Part shown: positions 53,806-64,000 of the stretch, piece by piece
Numbering within the stretch: position 1 is the first letter of the stretch
Layout of the letters: every line of letters begins with the position of its first letter
DNA from: Octopus vulgaris
Lineage: Eukaryota
DNA: 64,000 bases
Assembly (NCBI GenBank): GCA_951406725.2
Contig: OX597815.1
Coordinates: forward strand, 88,536,001-88,600,000
Direction of reading: 5' to 3'
Notes under the pieces: generated by a model
Seen by the model: the letters and a program-made list of their open reading frames with translations, nothing else
What the model was told of the DNA's origin: nothing
Database searches by the model: none
Position numbers and translations under genes: made by a program

Positions 53806-56559
53806 GTAAGGACAAGCATATCGAAAGGGGTCCGTGAGAAAACTAATTTAAATAAAAGAGTTGGGAACCTTTCATTTCTATTTCACAGATCACTGGATTC
53901 TCTTCGTACTCTTGGATTAACGCAATTAAATTCTACTCCTCTCTCAGGAATCTTACAGACTGCCATCAAATTATACGGGATACTTGCACTCTTCTCTCTC
54001 TCTCTCTCTCTCTTTTTATCTCATACACACACACATGCACACACACACAAACTCTCTCTCTCTCTCTTTCTCTATCTCTGTTTTTCATTCTTGCACTCAT
54101 TCATTCTTATCAGTTTTAAACTTTCACATTTGCTAAATGAATGCATCTCAATTTAGCTTATGCGGAAGGCTGCTATGCCGAAGGTAAAGGGAGTGAGGAC
54201 AAAAAATATAAAGAGGCAATTATGACCTAAATTGCGACGGTAGACAAAAGTTCCACCGGCAAGAATAGGAGATGAATATCGATTTTCCTGCTTCTACAGA
54301 AAAACTATAAAGGGTAAAGGAAACCTCTTAGGCGATCTTTCAGTTTAGATATTTGAAATCTACATAATCTGTATGTATATTTTTGGAACGTATCTAATTT
54401 ATATTTTAGCTTTGAAATCTATATTCAACTCTTATTTTTCAGCTATGGCCAAATAATTTATTGTGAGCATTACATATAGTAAAATCTATCACGACAGACA
54501 TTTTTTTTATTACTCATGGAACTATTTTGTCAAAATTTAGCATTATTTTTCCCATTATTATTTAACCACGCAGTTAAATACACGAACAACTTATATTCAT
54601 GCATTCATATAATAATAAAAAAATCCCATTAAAGCATTCTGAATATAATTTATTATATATAGTTCCTCCAACTGTTTTATGTATATGTGCATGAAACTGA
54701 CATGTCAGGCAATCATAGTATCGTGTAGATCCTGTACATTATATAAGCGCAGTTTGAAGCTGACCTTCAATAAGATCACTCCACATGCTAGAAGCGTTTT
54801 GAATATACAGTGGCATTCAGACATTCAAATACTGGTACCCGTGCTCGGCATTTATATAGTTATATGTTTCCTGAAATTTAATCTTTGATTGTATTTGTAA
54901 ACATATCAATATCAATGCAAGGTTGATGAATCTGCTTGTTGTGAATATGGCCCACCTGCAAATGGACTACTTAGCGGAATTGAATGACTTCTAACTGACT
55001 TTGATGCAAAGGGCTACGCATGCAAACGGCGTATTTGAACAAACTTCTCTGTTAGACATATATCTTAGGGAAGTTTTCATTCCATAACAATTTAAAAGAA
55101 ATCAGTGACTAAAATTGGTTATATTATTTAACCATATAATCCCTTGGAAAGTATGGATCGGTTGAAAGCAATTACACTGTGGAAGGAGCATTTTAGCCAC
55201 TGTATCTCAAATGTATAGGGATTATGGTTAATTCTCTATGAGCATAAGCGTTTTTCTGCTAAAAGATTAACGACATGAAAATTTAGGACATTCAAGTAAC
55301 AAAGCTACCTATATTACATAATATTGCAAATATTTGTTTGGAATGTCTAATTCCATACATAGTCAATAACTTAACAGAAATGAAAAACATTTTCCCCTCA
55401 ATATCGTTAAGATCTACAATTTCTAGGATGTTGGCCAAATTTTATTTCAGTTCTTATAGATGATTAAGTATTGTACAATGATAAAACTTATTACATACTT
55501 TTCTCAAACTAAATACCAACTCATTAGTAGACAAATCTTCACTTCTGGAGGCTAGTCGAAAGCGTTGTGTATGTGCATTATGAGAATGGTATTTACTGAT
55601 TGTAATCGTTTTGGCACATCATCCTGAAGTAACTCGTGGACTCGAGAGTTGATTGTCTAGTTTCCTTTTAAAACCATTTTGGCACGAGAAACAAAAACGC
55701 CAAATGTATGACTAACCTTACATTGGTAAGTATTCAGTCGCTAAATGCTGTTAAAATTTAGTTTCTTTAGAAGCTGCAGTCCATGTGATCTTTTGATAGG
55801 TGTCGTTATAAAAATGATAAAGTCTCATTGAACATATTCATACATAAATGCCAATTCAGCATGTGCTGATAGTCATCGTCACAAACATTACATTTATTTT
55901 CATTTTTTAAAATAACGTAGTTAAAAAAATAAAATAAATATCATTTAAAACAATACACATAAGCGATAACATAGATATAATTGAAAATGAAAGAGAGATA
56001 GAGAACAAAAAACAACTCCAGAATAACACATAGATATAATTTCATAAACAGAGATAATATTCCATATTATATTATTTAATAAAAATGTAAAAAGATATTA
56101 TTTCATAGATAAGCAATACCATTAATATGATTTCAAATGAAAACATAGATATCATTCTGCAAGCAGGATAGATAACACTATACCTATATACATAGATGTA
56201 TACATATTAATACCTGCAACTCGATTTCAAGTTGTGCTACCGCTTCATTTGTCTCTTATACACGAACAACACTTCACTCCGGATAGTGGCCTATACTCTT
56301 TTGCACAGATGTGGCAATGATGGACGCTTCTTGCAGGAGTTGTTCAGACAGCTTACTATGTACGCTTGCACGTACCTTCATTTCATCACGGAATCTACCA
56401 TTGAGTGTTTTGCCTTGTTTTTGGTTATAGTCAGCCATAATATGCAACACAATAGAGATGGTAATAGAAATATTAAACATCAACCGATGGCTGTGCCTGA
56501 AGCTTTTAAAGTCAGGAAAGGCCTTGCATAGAGCCAACCCCACTCTCTAAACAACGTAT

Positions 56560-57232
56560 GCATTTCTCTCAAAAGAATAATTACTCTACATCATTGGATA
56601 CAAACAAAATCGCAGGTGTTACAAAAGAGAGATGTCTAAAAGACTTGGGACCTCTCAACTCCCACTGGTGCATGGCCGTTGTCTCACTTGCGTGTAAAAG
56701 CGCATGTAGGACTCTGACATTGATGAACGTTGGGTCTTAACCAACATTCCATTGAGCACTTCTTGCCCTCATTCTTCGTGAAATTTCAGCTTCTCGCCTC
56801 TATTCGGTCTTGTGATACGTCTCCGGACCACATGCATTTGGTTTTCATGCGGTTCATCTTAAGGCCTACGGCTGAGCTACGGGTATTCATGTCTATCACC
56901 ATGTTTTACAGCTGTACTGTGGTTTCGGCAATGGGTTTGATGCCATCTGCAAATAAGAAGTGTGTTGATAGGACGCCGTTGATGGTCACGTGTTCAGTTT
57001 TGTCAATGTTTCGGATGAACATTTCTAGATTTGTTGGAGAGATGGTATCTCCTTGTTTGACTCTCTATTCAGTTGAAGGTTTTTACGGGTATCGCAAGTA
57101 GAGGTCTATTGGTGGTGCATCCGTAGTTCGAATTTCTAAGCAGTTTGGGGTATTGTGCTTCCTTGCATTTTCAGACATTTCAAGTACAGCGTCCGTTTAG
57201 ACACTCTCGAAGGCCTTTCATAGTCGGCGAAC

Positions 57233-57235
<3 letters not shown>
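56560..57235 (-). mobile_element. Degenerate RTE-clade LINE reverse transcriptase
   Basis: TFADYE(K)AFESV, RVKQGDTISP, INGVLSTHFLFADGI, VGLKMNRMKTKCM, VLHALLHASET, with stops and frameshifts. Confidence 0.85.
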
Positions 57236-57298
<63 letters not shown>

Positions 57299-57300
<2 letters not shown>

Positions 57301-57585
57301 CAAAACTTACTTGGAGGAGATGAAACGAAACAAAAACGAATCGAATCGACGCGAGGGCGCTCAGTCATACAATAGTGTAATAAATAAAATATATGCATAC
57401 ATACATATATGTACGTACCTACATCTACATGTATATATACATGCATATATAAATATATATACGTGAGTACAGGACACCACAAATAGACGTAGAACTCAAC
57501 GAGAAACGAAAACGTAAAAACAAACTTGGAAACGGACCTAAACGAAAAAAAACAGAGTACAAGACAAACTACACAAGGAAATATA
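57299..57585. mobile_element. Unclassified ~290-bp non-coding insert in (TA)n
   Basis: CpG-rich, A-rich block bounded by TA runs and by the repeated AGTCGRCGAACGTGTATATA. Confidence 0.4.
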
Positions 57586-57661
57586 TATATAAAAGTCGAC
57601 GAACGTGTATATATATATATACACACACAGGCATACACGTTACCGTTTAGTATTGTTACTA

Positions 57662-57715
<54 letters not shown>

Positions 57716-57717
<2 letters not shown>

Positions 57718-58180
57718 TAGTAACAATACTAAACGGTAACGTTTTTTGGCCACTATGACATGGCTGTTCTATAAAGAACAATATTACGAAATTTTAACCC
57801 CAGGTAAGCGTCTTTTCCAGCTGGTTAATGACACACAACCTGTGTCCGATACATTGTAAGTAAAGGAGCAAATCACTACCCTCCAGCTTGGCAAGATCAG
57901 TAGACCATGGTATGTGGGTCGTCACCCTTCAACTGTACTAGGCACCTGTCTGCTACGGATAGCAGTCACTCGTCACTACTCACAATATATAAAAAGAGAA
58001 GCGGCACTGATCTCGTAAGGAGCAAAATAGTTAGTTCTAAAATCTCTAAACGAGACATAAGCAGTGACAATACTAGACGGTAACGTTTTTTTTGCCAGTA
58101 TAACATGGCTGTTCTACAAGGAACTATGTTACTTAATTTTAACCCCAGGAAAACGTCTTTCCCAGCTGGTTAACGACATA
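57716..58180. repeat. 1.35 units of a ~345-bp repeat (~120-bp diverged direct terminal repeats)
   Basis: 57716-57832 aligns to about 58060-58178 (ACAATACTARACGGTAACGTTTTTT..CATGGCTGTTCTA..TTTTAACCCCAGG..CCAGCTGGTTAAYGACA). Confidence 0.8.
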
Positions 58181-58830
58181 TATATTAGAAGTTATAGGAG
58201 GGGCTAAGTAGAAATAGCTCAAAGGGTTCAATAAGATGAGTAGAGATAATTAATCTAAACTGGGAGTTACTGAGTGCCTTACTGAATAAATTATTTAAAA
58301 AATAGGTGTCTAATATTTGTTCGGCGTATAATGACAACCATGAATACAGTATTTCGCCCACAATATGGTGGAATCTGTATAGTGTAATAGTAACTTTAGC
58401 TTCAGATAAGTTTTTAGGACGTTTTTATGTATAAGAAAATATTTTCACTGTGCAAACTACTCTTGACTGTCTTACCTACGCCACCAAAAATGGACTTAAC
58501 TATTGTGGTAAATATAAAAACATCTAAAACTGCTGTGAAGATAGGACTATACTCTAACGATGAGATCAAATAAAGACCGAAACACTACGTGCAATGTTGT
58601 TCCGTATCCCCAAATAAAAATCAAATTGCTCTTTTTCTCAAGCAATGAAAAATAAATTCTTAATTTCTTGAAAACAAGACAGTGCTACAAATAATTCTCA
58701 GCTGGTTTTTGTTTACCTTTATCAAAAAAGGGGCACTTCAGTAAAGTAAGAATTTATTGCCTGTGGGATTCAGTATTTGCCCTTCACCACATACATAATG
58801 CATACATACATGCATACATACATACATACA

Positions 58831-58861
<31 letters not shown>

Positions 58862-60014
58862 GTACGTACATAAATATGTACGTACGTACTTGCATACATG
58901 CTTACAAACACGCACATATATAGCTATAAATATATATTGTGTAAAAAGTGAGATATAGCGTTATTTAGAGACTTCTATAAAATTAAGTATAAAAGTTATA
59001 TTAATGTTAAGAAACATATATATATATATACATATGTACACATGCATATAAACGTGTGTGTATGTCTGTGTGCATATGTGGATATGGGTGTGTATGCATT
59101 GCGCGCGCGCGTGTTTGTAAACTCTCTAACAGTAAAAATTATTCATGACAGAAAACAAAACCAAAAATCAAACAGTAATGAAAAAATTTCCCCTTAAAAC
59201 GTATAGAATGTAGAAAATTTTAGATAATAAAAATCAGACTGCTAAAGTATTTGAAGCACAATGACAGTTTACTTTCGGAATAGTCAACGAGTCGCTATTG
59301 GAGATCAATAGTTAAAACAAAAACAAAAAAAAACAAAGAAAAATATTTCAAAAACAGAGAAAAAATACTTATCGATAAAATTAAGTTAAGAAAAGAGGCA
59401 TAGAATTTTCTATATGAAAATGTCAAGTACGAAATAGGCAAAAGGCAATATTCTTGATGGAAAAACATATGTGCCAGAAAAAGGTAACTATCAATGTCAC
59501 AAGAACACGAAATAAGATAAGAATTCCTTTATTCTTATGTGAAATTGTGTTTGAGAAAAAATTTATGAATTCGACTTTATTAATCATGTCTCTCAAATAA
59601 TTAGATTTACACAGAGAAAGAAACATAAATTAAATCCCTCATCTAACCGCGCAAAAGTACAAATGACTCACATTTTAACGATACGATGTATATTGGCCTT
59701 CCTATATTTGTATTAGTAATCTGTTTGCGGTTATGCTGGTGTAACACCTTGAAGGTTGTACTTATTCAGTTACAACCTATTTGCCAAACCTCTAAGTTAC
59801 AATGACAGAATACTGGATGGCTATTTCTCTTCTGAGTTCATCCACAATTTGATTAGCTTTCTGTTTTTACTCCCACAGGCTGTGTAAACTTCCCTGTCCT
59901 CCAGAAGCCAACTTTCGTGGGATTATCTAGGTTTAGTCGTCGATGACCCGACTAAGCAAATGCGTTACACACATGTTGCCATTAATGTTTGCGAGGGAGC
60001 CACAAATAAAGCGT

Positions 60015-60285
60015 ATTCTTTTATTTGTTTCAGTCAGTTGATTGCGGCCTTGCTGGGATACCGCCTTTAGCCTAACAAATCGACCTCAGGACTTATTCTA
60101 TCGGTCGCTTTAGCCGAACCGCTAGATTATGGGTACGTAAACACACCAGCATCGGTTGTCAAACAATGGTGGAGGGACAAACACAAACACACTAACACAT
60201 AAATAAATATAAGTGTATGTAAATACGACATGCTTCTTGCAGTTTCTATCTAACAAATTCACTCAAAATTCTTTGGTCGGCTCGA
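60015..60285 (-). mobile_element. SINE family A, 5'-truncated
   Basis: Reverse complement of the 3' two-thirds of 62713-63100. Confidence 0.75.
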
Positions 60286-60289
60286 TGGA

Positions 60290-60985
60290 ATGCAATTAGT
60301 TTCCCTCTGACAATTCGCTTCATGACTTTGCTGATGTGTTAAGTCAGAGAGATAGGCCTATAGTTTTTGGCATCTGCTCTGCTTCCCCCTTTATGGATTG
60401 GGCATATTATTCCCTCCTTCAGCTTGCTTGGCAGTCTGTCATTTGCAAGAAAACTCTGGAAGAGAATTTGGAGGGGTTTTGCCAGGGCATGCTTACACGA
60501 TTTGAGGAGGATTGCTGGGAAACCATTAGGACCAGCAGTTGAGTTTGTGTCCACTTCATCTATGGCTAGTAGTATATCTTCTTCGCTAATGTCGATGTAT
60601 TACATCGCAACTGCCTCGCTGGTTATAGGTGAGGCGGCAAAGAAGTCCACTGGTTCGTTCATTTGTCTCTGTTCGAGCAGGGTGGTAAAGAAACTTTCGA
60701 ACAGGTCATTCAGTACCTCACTGATGCTAGTTAGACTGTCTGTGAGCGAGCCATCCTTTTAGAAGAGGGGTCCTATCACGCAGCGTACTGAGGCTGTTTC
60801 TTTCGTGTAATGAAAGAAGGCCTTTGGGTTTGACTTCATGTTTTTTATAACCCAGGCTTCTTTGTCTGCTTTGTCCCACACATTGGATTGTTGCAGCCTT
60901 TCTTCAATCTCCATCTGTGTTGTTCTCAAGCAGGACCTTTCGTTACCTTTGGGATGTTGGTTGAGTCGATATATCATATGTCTAT
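60290..60985 (-). mobile_element. CR1-like LINE ORF2 fragment (tether + RT N-terminus)
   Basis: KNMKSNPKAFFHY..IGPL, SEVLNDLFESFFT, AGPNGFPAILLKSC..LAKPLQILF..ICPIHKGGSRADAKNYRPISLT*HISKVMKRIV. Confidence 0.9.
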
Positions 60986-61237
60986 GATATATATATATAT
61001 AAATATATATGTAATATATATAATATATATATGATATATATATAAATATATACATATATAATATATATAATATATATGTAATATATATATAATATATATA
61101 TTTATATATATAAAATATATATATATATATACAATATATATAATATATATGTAATATTTATAATATATACAATATATATATTTATATATATATACAATAT
61201 ATATAATATATATGTAATATTTATAATATATATATAT

Positions 61238-61328
<91 letters not shown>
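60985..61328. repeat. AT-only low-complexity tract
   Basis: Read directly. Confidence 0.95.
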
Positions 61329-61335
<7 letters not shown>

Positions 61336-62259
61336 ATTCTGTTGTGTCTGAGGAGAGTCATTTTCTTTTTGTGCCTTATAATTTAACACACCCACCGGTA
61401 AAATTTCCAATTTTACCTTATTTTCTTTTATTTTACCTTTATTTTCTTAAAATTTTCGTTGCGTCTTGCAACCTTTGCAATAGTCTTGACTCTGTCTGTT
61501 ATTTACACTGTGTTCCTTTTTGTTTGTTTGTGCGCATGTGTGTGTATCAGTGTGTGTGTGCCTATGCATGCATATAATGTATGTATGCATGTGTGTGTAT
61601 GTATATATATGTGTGTGCGCATATGTATATATGTATGTATGTGTGTGCATCTGTATGTATGTTTGTATACTGCATATTCATGTGCTTGCGTGTCCGTGTC
61701 TGTTTATTTTTTATGTATGTGTGTGTGTGAGCGTATGTTTGTATATGTATGCACCTCTGTCTCCTTGTGTGTGCATGTCTGAGTGTGTGTGTTTTGCAAC
61801 TATGTACCATGTTTGTTTGTATGGATGTGCATCTCGATATGTGTTGACCCGTGTCTCCATATGTGTCCTTGTGTGAAGTAAAGTGTGTGTGTATACATGG
61901 TCATGTGTTGTAGTCTCCATTTGTGTATGTGTGCTTGTCTCTTCATATAGCCTATGTGCCTATCCGTGTGTATGTTGATCTGTTTATTTTCATATCCATA
62001 TGCTTACATACATGTGCATATACACATATATACCCACACACACACACACATCTATCTACATAACAGTCTACTAACTATTCTACTCAACCTGTGTAAACTG
62101 TGGGTATGGAGGTATCTACTATGTATATTTCCTATTTAGTATTGGGGAAGTTTCATTTATAAGGACGTACTCCCGTATAAGTCTGACTGTTGGGTCTTTT
62201 GGGTGCTTGGATAAGATGCGGATAAGGTGCTTGGATAAGATGAGTATATGTACATGTAT

Positions 62260-62515
62260 GTAAGAATATGGATATGGAAATAATTGGAGAAGAATTACTG
62301 TGCAGGTACTTTGAGAATACAACTGTGTCATGCGACTCAACGGAAGGTGGATTGGCTTACCTAAACAGAAACTTGGAGGAGAAGCAGGCATCATACCAAC
62401 AAAAAGCAATGCATGGGTACATATCCGGTAAGCTAGATGGAAATGACATTGACAAGAAGAGTAGCCTCTCCTGGACCTACAATAGATACATTACATTCTA
62501 CCTAGAAGGAACAAA
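62260..62515 (+). mobile_element. R4/Dong-like (RLE) non-LTR retrotransposon fragment
   Basis: YQQKAMHGYISGKLDGNDIDKKSSLSWTYNRYITFYLEG resembles the K.LHG....IDK..S..W......EG segment preceding the CCHC/RLE region. Confidence 0.6.
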
Positions 62516-62634
62516 ATATAGTTTCTAAATACCATTTACAATGCTTATCCGCAGGAAAGACCGCCCTAATGTATATATCAAAGGTATGTCAGAACCAGCA
62601 GGTATTCACACCTTTAAAAACAAGTGTTTTTGCA

Positions 62635-62712
<78 letters not shown>

Positions 62713-62714
<2 letters not shown>

Positions 62715-63100
62715 CATAGGAGTGGCTTTGTAGTAAGTAGCTTGCTTACGAACCACATGGTTCCGGGTTCAGTCCCACTGTGTAGCACCTTGGGCAAGTG
62801 TCTTCTAAGCCTCGGGTCAACCAAAGCCTTGTGGGTGCATTTGGTAGACGGAAACTGAAAGCCCGTCATATAGATGTATACATATATGTATATGTGTGTA
62901 TAAGTTTGTGTGTCTGTGTTTGTTCCCCCAACATCGCTTGACAGCCGATGCTTGTGTGTTTACGTCCCCGTAACTTAGCGGTTCGGCAAAAGACCGATAG
63001 AATAAGTACTAGGGTTACAAAGAATAACTCCTGAGCTCGATTTGCTCCACTAAATGCGGAGCTCCAGCAAATGACTGAAACAAGTAAAAGAGTAAAAGAA
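62713..63100 (+). mobile_element. Full-length SINE family A
   Basis: GGCATAGGAGTGGCTTTGTAGTAAG..GGTTCAGTCCC..ACTGAAACAAGTAAAAGAGTAAAAGA. Confidence 0.88.
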
Positions 63101-63109
63101 TATGTGCGT

Positions 63110-63165
63110 GTATATATATATATATATATACATGTATATATATATATACATGTATATATATATAC

Positions 63166-63198
<33 letters not shown>

Positions 63199-63280
63199 CA
63201 TATATACATACATACATATATATATATATACATACATATATATATACATACATATATATATACATACATATATATATACA

Positions 63281-63316
<36 letters not shown>

Positions 63317-63449
63317 TACATATATATATACATACATACATATATATATATACATACATATATATATACATACATACATATATACATACATAAATATATA
63401 TATACATATATATATATATACATAGATACATATATACATACATACATAT

Positions 63450-63518
<69 letters not shown>

Positions 63519-63530
63519 TATATATATAGA
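63110..63530. repeat. Complex (TA)n/(TACA)n tract
   Basis: Read directly. Confidence 0.95.
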
Positions 63531-64000
63531 GAGAGAATAGCGTAAAGTGGAGGCGAGTACTTATGTGTGACAGTGTGTTTGCAATCATATGCATAAAACC
63601 TTCTCGGTATTCTCTGCAGTCTTTATGTTTGCCTGTTTGTAGCTATGAGACTGAAACTCATTATATCAATATTTGAATATGTGTGTACATGGAGACACTG
63701 GTAGATATATTTATCTTATCTATTATACGTATGCGTGCACCTCTGTAAGTGTATGTATTTATATATGTACGCGCGCGCGCGCGTGTGTATGCACAGGGTT
63801 CTCAAGTATGTTTCTTGGTCTTTGATAGTTCAGAGACCATCAGTTACCGGTGTTGGTCAATGTTAAAAAAAATAAAACCCGCCAATCTCACTGATACCGT
63901 TCCTCGTTTAACCTTAGTACAGAAAAAGTCATTAGTTGTGAACAGTTTGAGAACCAAGGCCTGATTAAATCTATGAGCAAATCACTGAATTGAACAGCAC

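Noticed and set aside
59860-59936. Possible 52-nt exon after TTTTACTCCCACAG
   Set aside because: Weak donor (GTTTAG), no homology recognised, no partner exons
61345-61395. GTGT-CTGAGGA-GAG..TTC..ACAC next to an AT tract
   Set aside because: No GAAA half of the hammerhead core; probably a repeat end of another kind

Overview
AT-rich, microsatellite-saturated animal DNA. The SINE families and (TA)n/(CA)n density look like Octopus (my recognition, not a search result). I find no convincing host gene; almost all ORFs in the track are translated microsatellites. About 41 kb is one block present twice (6878-26828 and 26929-47817) on either side of a 100-N gap, most likely an unmerged contig overlap or haplotig. 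The rest is transposon debris: a young 5'-truncated Penelope-like element (RT + Cys linker + GIY-YIG, Neptune-type) with a hammerhead-like motif in its 3' pLTR, mariner and rosa-like Tc1/mariner relics, RTE, CR1, Jockey-like and R4/Dong-like LINE fragments, a Helentron-type non-autonomous element and three tRNA-derived SINE families. The most interesting signal is a set of short (100-500 bp) non-coding elements from several unrelated sequence families. They sit in (TA)n tracts, carry minimal type-I hammerhead ribozyme motifs, and several fold back as inverted repeats (2540-2850, 24884-25372, 49126-49353, 53425-53765). They look like a population of ribozyme-bearing, microsatellite-associated non-autonomous Penelope-derived elements.
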